Shown: positions 44,145 to 52,332 of the stretch, one piece after another | Numbering within the stretch: the stretch's first letter is position 1 | Layout: each line of letters starts with the position of its first letter | NCBI GenBank assembly: GCA_041674525.1 | Contig: JBAYVN010000003.1 | Span: 202-64,201, forward strand | Source of the DNA: Dehalococcoidia bacterium | Lineage (GTDB): Bacteria > Chloroflexota > Dehalococcoidia > UBA2979 | Reading direction: 5' to 3' | Length of the DNA: 64,000 bases | Notes under the pieces: model-generated | What the model was told of the DNA's origin: nothing | What the model saw: only the letters and a program-made list of their open reading frames with translations | The model's database searches: none | Position numbers and translations under genes: made by a program

Positions 44145-44173
44145 GTTGTACCCAATCGCGCGCCGAGACGCAA
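44145..44173 (-). promoter_or_regulatory. putative groEL promoter
   Basis: On the minus strand: TTGCGT (44173-44168), a 17-nt spacer, TACAAC (44150-44145), followed 2 nt later by CIRCE. This is the usual promoter-CIRCE arrangement. Confidence 0.45.
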
Positions 44174-44289
44174 GAGGGAACAGCCGTCCTTCGGCACATG
44201 GGTGGTTCGGAAGGGGCGACGTTTACCGTCGCGGCCAGGAGCGATGCAATCTGCAGCAGGACATAACGCGATAATGCATGGCGGCGCGG

Positions 44290-45237
44290 CTAGCCCAGGG
44301 ACCCGACCAGGGCCTCCACCTGCTGCATCACCTTCGCCATCCCCCCGGACTGGCGCAGGGCCAGCGAGAGCGGCGGGCGCTCCCACTCCTCGGGCGCCGG
44401 CGTGGGCTCCGAGGCCGGGTGCACGCCGTCCGGCAGCCCGTAGGCGCGGACGAACATGCGCGCGCGAAGCACGCACGCAGTCAGGCTGCGGGGGTCGGGC
44501 AAGGTGTCCAGCGGGCGTGCGTGGTCGCGCACCGCATCAGCCAGGGTCTGCGGGAAGTTCCAGTGCAGCGCCAGCGCGCCGCCGAGGTCGGCGTCCGTGA
44601 AGCCCAGCACCTGCCGCTCCGCGTCGTGCAGCGACGTGCCGGTGCTCTCCCGCAGGGTCAGCGCCTCGTGGAGTGCCGCCGGGCGTCCCTGGTCCAGTGC
44701 GAGCATCCCAATCTGGTGGAGCACGCCGGCGGTGAACGCCTCGTCCTGGTGCGCCCCCTCGGTCCGGGCGAGCACCTCGGCGAGGATCCCCGTGGCGATG
44801 GAGAACTGCCAGAAGGCCTCGTAGTCCAGGTTGCTCGCCGTCTTCGCGGTCTGCATCAGGCAGGAGGTCAGGGCCGCGTTCCGCACGGAGCGGAAGCCCA
44901 GCAGCACCACCGCGTCGCGGGCGGTGGTGATGCGCCGGGCGAAGCCGTAGTAGGCGGAGTTGGCGAGGCGCAGGAGCTTCGCCGTGAGCGCCTGGTCGGT
45001 GGCGATGATCGCTGCGAGCTCGTGGGCGGAGAATTTCCCCTCGTCCAGGCCCAGGATGCGCTGCGCCACCACCGGCAGCGGCCGGAGGTCGGCCACCTGC
45101 AGCAGCACGTCGTCCAGCGCGTCCATGCCGAGGATGCGTGCATCCGCGCGGGCCCGTTCGGCGGCGAGCCGGCGGGCGAGCTGCTCGCGGGCGGCGGCGA
45201 ACGGGTCATTCCCCGGCTGGTTCCACGGCTGCGGCAT
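44290..45237 (-). CDS. HDOD domain-containing protein
   Basis: 315-aa ORF. LRPLPVVAQRILGL....ELAAIIATDQALTAKLLRLANSAYYGFARRITTARDAVVLLGFRSVRN matches the HDOD signature. No other signalling domain recognised. Confidence 0.75.
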   Translation of the reverse strand: MPQPWNQPGNDPFAAAREQLARRLAAERARADARILGMDALDDVLLQVADLRPLPVVAQRILGLDEGKFSAHELAAIIATDQALTAKLLRLANSAYYGFARRITTARDAVVLLGFRSVRNAALTSCLMQTAKTASNLDYEAFWQFSIATGILAEVLARTEGAHQDEAFTAGVLHQIGMLALDQGRPAALHEALTLRESTGTSLHDAERQVLGFTDADLGGALALHWNFPQTLADAVRDHARPLDTLPDPRSLTACVLRARMFVRAYGLPDGVHPASEPTPAPEEWERPPLSLALRQSGGMAKVMQQVEALVGSLG

Positions 45238-45285
45238 CTCGCACCTTCCCGCGCTGATGATCGGCGGGCCGGTGCGGTCCGGGCA

Positions 45286-45888
45286 TCAGGACGAACCCGC
45301 ATCCTCGCCGGGCCCGCGCGCGGCGGCAGCGGATGCGGGGTCCACGAACCGCCTCGACGGCGACCGCAGCCACCCGATGCGAGCGGGTGGCCAGTACCGC
45401 ATCACGGCCGTCGCGGTAAGCCGCTCGCGCGCGACGGGGCCGAAGTCGCGGCTGTCCGTGCTCGCTGCGCGGTGGTCCCCCAGCAGGAAGTACGTGTCCG
45501 GCGCCAGCCGCTGCACGCCGCGGTGCTGCGCCACGGGGTCCTCGCCGTGGGCGTACGGCTCCGCCAAACGGCGTCCGTTCACCTGCACGCCGCCGCCGAC
45601 GCGCAAGGCCTCCCCGGGCAGCCCGACGATGCGCTTCAGCAGCAACCGGCGCCCGCCCTCGGGGCGCGGGTCCTCCGTGACCACGATCCGGCCGTACGCG
45701 GCGCGCCGGGGCGGAGCGCCCCTGCGCAGCAGCAGGAAGTCGCCCGGCTGCAGCGCCGGGGTCATGCTGTCGCCCGCGACCTCGACGCGCTGGAGCACGC
45801 GCACGCCGAGCCATGCCGGGATCGCCAGGCACGCAGCGGCGGCCGCCGCCAGTGCCATCACCGGACGGGGCCGCCGCGTCGAGGTCAT
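45286..45888 (-). CDS. sodX: S26 family signal peptidase, likely Ni-SOD maturation protease SodX
   Basis: 200-aa ORF. N-terminal TM span, then GDSMTPAL (catalytic Ser), KRIVGLPGE and GDHRAASTDSRDFG. Lies directly downstream of sodN, as in Streptomyces and cyanobacteria. Confidence 0.75.
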   Translation of the reverse strand: MTSTRRPRPVMALAAAAAACLAIPAWLGVRVLQRVEVAGDSMTPALQPGDFLLLRRGAPPRRAAYGRIVVTEDPRPEGGRRLLLKRIVGLPGEALRVGGGVQVNGRRLAEPYAHGEDPVAQHRGVQRLAPDTYFLLGDHRAASTDSRDFGPVARERLTATAVMRYWPPARIGWLRSPSRRFVDPASAAAARGPGEDAGSS

Positions 45889-45923
45889 CCGGGCTTCGCT
45901 CCGCGGACCGCTCTGCTCCGGGC

Positions 45924-46361
45924 CTAGGCCTTCTTGGTCTCCCAGAAGATGGTGTCGATCTCCGCGATCGCGTCCAGGAGCTGCTGCCCCTGCGCCGGGT
46001 CCTGCGACTTCTTCGCCGCGCCGGCGAGCTTCGTCGCCTTCCAGAAGGTGTCATGCAGCGTGGGGTACTTCTCCAGGTGGGCCGGGGTGAAGTAGTCCGT
46101 CCAGAGCACCCACAGGTGGTGCTTGACCATGTCGGCGCGCTCTTCCTTGATCGAGAGCGCGCGGGCGCGGTAGTCCTCCAGCGTCTGGGTGGCGCCCTTC
46201 ATGTTCTCCGCGTTCTGGTATCGCTCCTGGATGGCGCGCACGGACTCCGCCTCGATGCGCGCCTGGGCGGGGTCGTAGACCCCACAGGGCAGGTCGCAGT
46301 GCGCGGACGCCACGCGGCCGGGGCGGATCAGGGCTTCTATGCTGGACCGGATGTTCACCAC
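45924..46361 (-). CDS. sodN: nickel superoxide dismutase precursor
   Basis: Ni-hook HCDLPCGVYDP follows a short leader (VVNIRSSIEALIRPGRVASA). GTG 46361 or 46358 lies 3 or 6 nt after GAGGAG. The rest aligns with Streptomyces SodN (AQARIEAESV.AIQE...). Confidence 0.85.
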   Translation of the reverse strand: MVNIRSSIEALIRPGRVASAHCDLPCGVYDPAQARIEAESVRAIQERYQNAENMKGATQTLEDYRARALSIKEERADMVKHHLWVLWTDYFTPAHLEKYPTLHDTFWKATKLAGAAKKSQDPAQGQQLLDAIAEIDTIFWETKKA

Positions 46362-46599
46362 GAACTCCTCACATGCGTCGGTCGTCTTGGTCGGATGAGG
46401 GCGAGCGATGAGGTTCCCGCCGTGGTGAAATCGTATCAACCCCGCCCAGCCCCGCACACGCCTGCGCGCCCACACCCCGGATCAGGCCCTGAATGAGGGA
46501 GATCAGGCGTTGGACCCGGGGGCTGGATGAGGCGACGCAGGGGGCCGGGACACCACCACCCGGGATCACCACCCGGGCGGCGGATACACGGGTGACGGG

Positions 46600-47385
46600 C
46601 TACAGGTGCACGCCGCCGGTCAGCGACACGCCGCCGGAGCGGCGGTTCGGGTCGTCGATGCCGGGGTATGGGGGGAAGAGCGACTCGAGCTCGCGGCGGA
46701 TGGGGTCGCCCTCGGGCAGGTACGCCGAGAAGTCGCCGTCCGGCTGCGGGCGCTGGCGCTGGCCGGTCACCTCGAAGTGCTTGATCTTCTCTTGGAGCAT
46801 CATCAGGCCCTGGAGCAGCGACTCCGGTCGAGGCGGGCAGCCGGGGACATACACGTCCACCGGCGCGATCAGGTTCACGCCCGGCAGCACCGAGTAGGCG
46901 TACGCGAACGGGCCGCCCATGATCGCGCACCCGCCCATGGAGATCACCCACTTCGGGTCCGGCATCTGCAGGTAGATGCGGCGGACCACCGGCGCCATCT
47001 TCCAGGTCACCGTGCCCGCGACGATCATCAGGTCCGCCTGCCGGGGCGAGGCCCGGAAGACCTCGGACCCGAAGCGGGCAATGTCGTAGCGGGAGGCCGC
47101 GGACGCGATCATCTCGATCGCGCAGCAGGCGAGCCCGAACGTGGCCGGCCACAGCGAGGACGCGCGGGCCCAGTTCATCAGCCCGTCCACGGAGGTGGCG
47201 ATCACGTTCTTGCGGACCTCTTCCTCCAGGTCGACGCCGCCGAGCGCATCGTCCCCCAGCAACGGGTGCGGCACGTGCAGGGCACCGGGCCCCGTGGTCG
47301 CGAACGTGCCAGCGCTTTCGAACCTGGTAGCCAGCGGGTGGTTGGTCAACGCCCGTCCCCTGCCATTACGGCGTCTGCCGTCCAT
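46600..47385 (-). CDS. nuoB: NADH-quinone oxidoreductase subunit B homologue (NuoB/Nqo6-like), stand-alone
   Basis: The core [16 protein letters not shown]...[22 protein letters not shown]...[13 protein letters not shown]...[14 protein letters not shown] matches Nqo6, including the four N2-cluster Cys. It has extra ~40-aa N-terminal and ~70-aa C-terminal regions. The start (ATG 47385) is uncertain. Confidence 0.75.
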   Translation of the reverse strand: MDGRRRNGRGRALTNHPLATRFESAGTFATTGPGALHVPHPLLGDDALGGVDLEEEVRKNVIATSVDGLMNWARASSLWPATFGLACCAIEMIASAASRYDIARFGSEVFRASPRQADLMIVAGTVTWKMAPVVRRIYLQMPDPKWVISMGGCAIMGGPFAYAYSVLPGVNLIAPVDVYVPGCPPRPESLLQGLMMLQEKIKHFEVTGQRQRPQPDGDFSAYLPEGDPIRRELESLFPPYPGIDDPNRRSGGVSLTGGVHL

Positions 47386-47463
47386 GCCCTGATCGGCCCG
47401 ATCCTAGCCCCTCCACCGGGGCGCGGCAAACCCGCTCGTGCGCTCGATGCTGCGTGTCCGCCG

Positions 47464-48696
47464 CTACGAGGCGAGCCACGGCCGCCAGTCCGCGGGCGGC
47501 TCCGTGGTGGGCACGGGGGAGAGCGCCCGCAGCCGCTGCACGATCGGGGGGAGCGCCTGCAGCACACGGTCGACGTCGGCGTCCGTGTTGCCTCGACCGA
47601 ACGTGAAGCGCAGCGACCCGCGTGCCAGCTCGGCGGGCATGCCGGTCGCGACCAGGACGTGGCTGGGCTCCACGGACCCCGTGGTGCACGCCGACCCGGA
47701 AGACGCCGCGATCCCGGCGAGGTCCAGCGCGAGCAGGATCGATTCGCCCTCGACGAAGCCCACCGCGCACGACACGTTGCCCGGCAGCCGCTGCGAGATG
47801 TCGCGCGGCCCCGTGATCGCCAGCATGGGGATGCGTCGCGGGAGCTCGGCGAGCAGCCGCTCCTGCAGCGCGCGCTCGTGGCTGACGTCGGCCTCGCGGC
47901 GCTCGGAGGCGATGGACACCGCCTGCGCGAAGCCGGCGATGGCGGCGGTGTCCTCGGTCCCGGCGCGGATGCCGCGCTCCTGTCCGCCGCCGAGGATCTG
48001 CCCCTGCAGGGGCGTCCCGGCGCGCACGTACAGCGCCCCCGCCCCCCGCGGCCCGTACATCTTGTGCGCGGTGAAGCTCATCAGGTCGACGCCGAGGCGG
48101 TCGACGCGCGCACCGAGGTGCGCCGCCGACTGCACGGCGTCCGTGTGCACCATCGTGCGCGGGTTCTTCGCCCGCGCGCGGCGCGCGATCTCGGCGATGT
48201 CGTTGATGGTGCCGATCTCGTTGTTCGCATGCATCACGGAGACCAGCACCGTGTCTTCGCGCACGGCAGCCTCCACCGCTGTCGGATCGACGCGCCCGTC
48301 GCGGTCGACGCCCACCACGGTGACCTCGGCGAGTCCGTCGCGCTCCAGCTGCTCGGCGGGGTCGAGGATCGCGTGGTGCTCCACGGCAGAGATGACGATG
48401 TGCCGTCCGCGGCGCGTGGAGGCCGCGAGCACGCCGCGCAGCGCGAGGTTGTCCGCTTCGGAGCCCCCCGAGGTGAAGATCACCTCGTCGGGCTGCGCGC
48501 CGATGAGTGCTGCGATCGTCGCGCGGGCGGCATCGATGGTGGCGCGGGCGCGCTGGGCCTCCACGTAGATCGATGACGGGTTATGCCACTGATCGCGGAG
48601 GTGCGGGAGCATCGTCTCGACCACGGCCGGGTCGGGCGGTGTGGTCGCCGCGTGATCGAGGTAGATGCGCGGGTGGCCCGAGCTCATGGCGGTCAT
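47464..48696 (-). CDS. cysteine desulfurase (NifS/IscS class)
   Basis: Contains IYLDHAATTP, FTSGGSEADN, SFTAHKMYGPRG (PLP Lys) and SSGSACTTG (catalytic Cys). ATG 48696 (alternative 48687). Confidence 0.85.
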   Translation of the reverse strand: MTAMSSGHPRIYLDHAATTPPDPAVVETMLPHLRDQWHNPSSIYVEAQRARATIDAARATIAALIGAQPDEVIFTSGGSEADNLALRGVLAASTRRGRHIVISAVEHHAILDPAEQLERDGLAEVTVVGVDRDGRVDPTAVEAAVREDTVLVSVMHANNEIGTINDIAEIARRARAKNPRTMVHTDAVQSAAHLGARVDRLGVDLMSFTAHKMYGPRGAGALYVRAGTPLQGQILGGGQERGIRAGTEDTAAIAGFAQAVSIASERREADVSHERALQERLLAELPRRIPMLAITGPRDISQRLPGNVSCAVGFVEGESILLALDLAGIAASSGSACTTGSVEPSHVLVATGMPAELARGSLRFTFGRGNTDADVDRVLQALPPIVQRLRALSPVPTTEPPADWRPWLAS

Positions 48697-48778
48697 GGGA
48701 GGAGGATACCGCGGAGAGGGGACACGGTTTCGCACGTATTTCGCTCGAAAAGGAGAAAAAGGGTGCTAGCATCGAATC

Positions 48779-49444
48779 ATGTCCGCAGGTCATATCGATG
48801 GCACCCGCGAGGAGATCCTCGCCATCCTCCGTCGCCGCGAGCGCGTGGGGGTTGAGGATCTTGCGCGCGAGCTGGGCCTGGCCGGCGCCACCGTGCGCCG
48901 CCACCTGGACGTGCTCCAGCGCGACAACTACGTCGCCGTGACGCAGGTGCGCGGCCAGACCGGGCGCCCTCGTCATCTCTTCTCGTTGACCGAGGCGGGG
49001 GCGGACCTCTTCCCGCACCACTACGTGCGGCTGACGCAGCGCCTGCTCGGCGAGATCGTCGGGCTGGACGCCAGGGAGACGGCGGGCCGCTCGGGCGGCG
49101 AGATCGCCTCCCTCGTCTTCGAGAAGATGGCGGACCGCCTCGCCGCCGAGTACGCCCCGCACGTCACCGGCGCGACGCTGGAGGCTCGCGTGCGGTCCGC
49201 CGTGAACCTGGTCGCCGACGAGGGCCTCGACTTCGAGGTTGCGCCGCGCGAGGGCGGGGTGCATCTGCTGGGGCGCGGCTGTCCCTGCACGCGGCTGACC
49301 GGCTCCGCCGCCGGGACGTGCGACCACGACCGGCGGATGCTGGAGCAGATCCTCGGCGTGCGCGTGCAGGCACTGCCCCCGGCCGATATCCCGCACGACT
49401 TCCACTGCGGCTACCTCGTCACCGAGCACGTCGCCGCCCCGTAG
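48779..49444 (+). CDS. SufR-like HTH transcriptional regulator (ArsR/DeoR-type wHTH plus C-terminal Cys cluster)
   Basis: 221-aa ORF. N-terminal wHTH (REEILAILRRRERVGVEDLARELGLAGATVRRHLDVLQRDNYV) and C-terminal GCPCTRLTGSAAGTCDHD...HC. Divergent from the cysteine desulfurase gene. Confidence 0.6.
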   Translation: MSAGHIDGTREEILAILRRRERVGVEDLARELGLAGATVRRHLDVLQRDNYVAVTQVRGQTGRPRHLFSLTEAGADLFPHHYVRLTQRLLGEIVGLDARETAGRSGGEIASLVFEKMADRLAAEYAPHVTGATLEARVRSAVNLVADEGLDFEVAPREGGVHLLGRGCPCTRLTGSAAGTCDHDRRMLEQILGVRVQALPPADIPHDFHCGYLVTEHVAAP

Positions 49445-49590
49445 GGTCGCCCCGCGCGGCTTCCCGTCCGGGATAACCATGCCCCGGCTGCGCTAATTGT
49501 CCATCGAGGTCCGGCCGACGTATCATGGTGGCAGCACATACCGGCGCCGCGCGACGTCCGCGAGGCGGCCCGGAAGGGATCGAGGACCAG

Positions 49591-50022
49591 ATGACTCTTG
49601 CCGGCATGGGCGACCCCATCTCGAAGACGCCCGCGTTCACCATCCCCAGCGTCGCCGCGCCGGTGGTGACCGTGACCGAGCGCGCCGCTGCGAAGGCGCT
49701 CTCGCTTCTCGCGGCGAAGGGGCACCCGGACGGGATGCTCCGCGTGTTCGTCGTCGGCGGCGGGTGCTCCGGCTACCAGTACGGCATGGCGATCGCTACG
49801 GGCGCCGAGGCCGAGGACCACGTGATCGAGGCCGAGGGCGGCATCCGCGTAGTGGTCGACCGCGACTCCATCCCGATGATCGCCGGCGCCGAGATCGACT
49901 ACGTCGAGGACCTGATGAAGTCCGGCTTCACGATCTACAACCCGAACGCGACCTCCTCCTGCGCCTGCGGGTCGTCCTTCCAGACGGCCGGCGGCGGCGG
50001 GACGCCGAGGGCCTGCAACTAG
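49591..50022 (+). CDS. iron-sulfur cluster insertion/A-type carrier protein (HesB/IscA/SufA/ErpA family)
   Basis: ATG 49591 lies 5 nt after GAGGA. GGGCSGYQY and the C-terminal CACGSSF are the three A-type carrier Cys motifs. Confidence 0.85.
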   Translation: MTLAGMGDPISKTPAFTIPSVAAPVVTVTERAAAKALSLLAAKGHPDGMLRVFVVGGGCSGYQYGMAIATGAEAEDHVIEAEGGIRVVVDRDSIPMIAGAEIDYVEDLMKSGFTIYNPNATSSCACGSSFQTAGGGGTPRACN

Positions 50023-50138
50023 GCGGACGCTCGACAGACGCAGTCGCGAACATGGGTCGCGAGCATGGACGGCCCCGCGCGAGCGGGGCCGTGGTGCACC
50101 CGGACGGGGTGTCCGCCGCCCAGGAGAGGAGCACACCA

Positions 50139-50582
50139 ATGCAGGCATGGATCAACGTGGGCTCCCCGCAGAACTTCGAGGTGCTGCGCGCGCGCGGCTT
50201 CGACGTGTCGCCCTTCAAGTCGTCGCGCCAGAAGCAATCCTCCGAGATGCGTCCCGGCGACCGCATCGTCTACTACCTGACGAAGGACGTGCTCTTCGGC
50301 GGCGTGGTGGAGGTCACGGGCGAGGCGTACGAGGACACTACGGACATCGGGCTCGCCTCGGAGGGCAAGCCCGGCGAGGACTACCCGTACCGCATCCCCA
50401 CCCGGCCGGTGGTGATCGCGAAGCCGGGGCAAGCCATCGACGTGCGTGAGATCACTGACCTCCTGGAGAAGACGCGCAACTTCGGTCCGAAGCGGCTCGG
50501 GATGTGCTTCCGCGGCAACCTCCACCGCATCTCCGAGGCGGACCTCCAGACCATCGAGGGGCTGCTGAAGCCGCGCGCGTAA
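50139..50582 (+). CDS. EVE/PUA-like domain protein (UPF0310-like)
   Basis: ATG 50139 follows AGGAGAGGA. The layout WINVGSPQNFEVLRARGF....MRPGDRIVYYL...YPYRIPTRP...FRGNLHRISEADLQTI resembles EVE/UPF0310 proteins. The assignment is tentative. Confidence 0.5.
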   Translation: MQAWINVGSPQNFEVLRARGFDVSPFKSSRQKQSSEMRPGDRIVYYLTKDVLFGGVVEVTGEAYEDTTDIGLASEGKPGEDYPYRIPTRPVVIAKPGQAIDVREITDLLEKTRNFGPKRLGMCFRGNLHRISEADLQTIEGLLKPRA

Positions 50583-50638
50583 CCCCCTCGCGCCCGATGC
50601 CGATCGCTTCCGGCGGCGCCGCGGGACAGGAGCAGCAG

Positions 50639-51052
50639 ATGCAAACCCCGCAGGACCAGCCCCGCCGTCTCACCCGCAACGTGCAGCGCCGCCTGGGCGG
50701 GGTGTGCGGCGGGCTGGCGGAGTACTTCGGGCTGGACCCGACGCTGGTGCGCGTGGGCTTCGTGCTGCTGGCGATCTTCAGCATGGGACTGGGCGGGGTG
50801 ATCGCGTACGCGGTGCTGTGGGCGATCATGCCCGCCGCCGATCCGAACGCGCCGGTGCCCGCCCCGGGCGCCGGTACCGGCGGCAACGGCGCACTCCTCC
50901 TCGGCATCCTGCTCGTGCTCATCGGGGTGTCGATGGCGATCCCGCGCGCCGGGATCTTCTGGTGGATGACCTGGAGCATGATGCGCTTTGGCTGGCCTGC
51001 TGCGATCGTGCTCGCCGGAGTGCTGATCGTGCTGGCCTCACGGCGGCGCTAA
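50639..51052 (+). CDS. PspC domain-containing membrane protein
   Basis: ATG 50639 lies 6 nt after AGGAG. LTRNVQRRLGGVCGGLAEYFGLDPTLVRVGFVLLAIF is the PspC signature, followed by further TM spans. Confidence 0.75.
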   Translation: MQTPQDQPRRLTRNVQRRLGGVCGGLAEYFGLDPTLVRVGFVLLAIFSMGLGGVIAYAVLWAIMPAADPNAPVPAPGAGTGGNGALLLGILLVLIGVSMAIPRAGIFWWMTWSMMRFGWPAAIVLAGVLIVLASRRR

Positions 51053-51101
51053 CGCCGCAGAACGAACTTCAGCGTCCGGTTCGCAGATCGCGAGGAACCC
51101 C

Positions 51102-51629
51102 ATGTCCGAGTCCGCCACCGCAGCGATGTACGCGCTGTACCTCGACCGCGTGATGAACAACTGTGTGCGCACGATCGAGGACCTGAGCGTCGAGGAGTTG
51201 AACCACCTCCCGCACGAGGTCGCCAACTCGATCGGCTTCGACGTGTGGCACATCGCGCGGACCGCCGACAACATCATCTACTTCGTGTTCGAGCGGGAGC
51301 AGCCGATCTGGCTGCGCGAGGGGTACGACGCGCGCTTTGCCCTGCCGAAGGTCGCGCAGGGCACCGGGATGCCGAACGAGGAGGCGCGCGCCCTCCACTT
51401 CCCGGATCCGGCGCTGTTCCTGGAGTACATCCGCACGCTGCGCGCGGCGAGCGTCGCGCGCGTCGAGGCGATGACGGACGAGTACCTCGCGACGCCGGTG
51501 CTGCTGCGGCCGTGGGGCGAGCTGCCGCGCACGCAGCACCTGCTGCAGATGCTCGTGCACAGCAACAGCCACCTCGGGAAGGCGTCGCTCGCGCGCACGC
51601 TCCTCGGGCACACCGACCTGGGCTTCTAG
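51102..51629 (+). CDS. DinB family protein
   Basis: 175-aa ORF. Four-helix DinB_2-like pattern with conserved His residues (WHIARTADN, LVHSNSHLGK). Confidence 0.65.
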   Translation: MSESATAAMYALYLDRVMNNCVRTIEDLSVEELNHLPHEVANSIGFDVWHIARTADNIIYFVFEREQPIWLREGYDARFALPKVAQGTGMPNEEARALHFPDPALFLEYIRTLRAASVARVEAMTDEYLATPVLLRPWGELPRTQHLLQMLVHSNSHLGKASLARTLLGHTDLGF

Positions 51630-51643
51630 CGCCGCGATCCGCC

Positions 51644-52129
51644 GTGGAGATCCGCAGGCTGCGCGCCGACGAGGGCCTCGCATACCGCGCGGTGCGCCTG
51701 CGCGCGCTGGAGGCCGAGCCCGCCGCGTACGGTCAGACGCTCGCCGAGGCACTGGCCCACCCCGAGTCGCTGTGGCACGACCTGGCTGCCTCCGTGGCGG
51801 GCGACGGCGCGCGCGCCCTCTTCGTCCTCGATCGCGACGGGGATCTCGCCGGGACGCTGTACGCGGCCGTGAGCGAGGTGCCGCCGCACCTCGGATCGCT
51901 CGGGGCGATGTGGGTGGACCTCGATCTCCGCGCACAGGGCTGGGCCGACCGGTTGCTGGAGACCGCGCACGAGTGGGCGGCGCGCTGGGGCGCGCCGGGT
52001 GCGTCGCTCTGGGTGTCGTCCGGCAACGAGCGGGCGTGGCGCCTGTACGCCCGCCACGGGTACCAGCCGACCGGGAGCATCGAGCGCTGGGCGACCGGCG
52101 AGGCGATGGAGCTCTTCCGGCCGCTCTGA
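51644..52129 (+). CDS. GNAT family N-acetyltransferase
   Basis: GTG 51644 inside track ORF 51245..52129. VEIRRLRADEG...MWVDLDLRAQGWADRLLE...A..LY.RHGY is the typical GNAT core. Confidence 0.7.
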   Translation: MEIRRLRADEGLAYRAVRLRALEAEPAAYGQTLAEALAHPESLWHDLAASVAGDGARALFVLDRDGDLAGTLYAAVSEVPPHLGSLGAMWVDLDLRAQGWADRLLETAHEWAARWGAPGASLWVSSGNERAWRLYARHGYQPTGSIERWATGEAMELFRPL

Positions 52130-52332
52130 CGGCCCCGTGACACCGAAACCCCTCCCGCGCATCGGGGTCGTCCCGAGGGTGCAACGGGCGCGGAGTGTTA
52201 ACCTCGATGCGGATGGTCGCGCCTCGAGATCAGGCAGCGTGACGAGGGCTGCGCGTTCGAGCGCGCGCCCGCGTCGAGGGCTGGAGGATCGACGAGTGAT
52301 GACCGGTGATGACCGGGGACGACGAGGATCGC

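Noticed and set aside
52296-52315. Perfect tandem duplication of the 10-mer GTGATGACCG at the 5' end of the DUF255-thioredoxin gene, creating two GTG-ATG start pairs in different frames.
   Set aside because: Only two units are present. The first unit's frame terminates after 14 codons, and the conserved protein N-terminus starts further downstream (ATG 52333). This is most likely an inconsequential slippage duplication in the leader.
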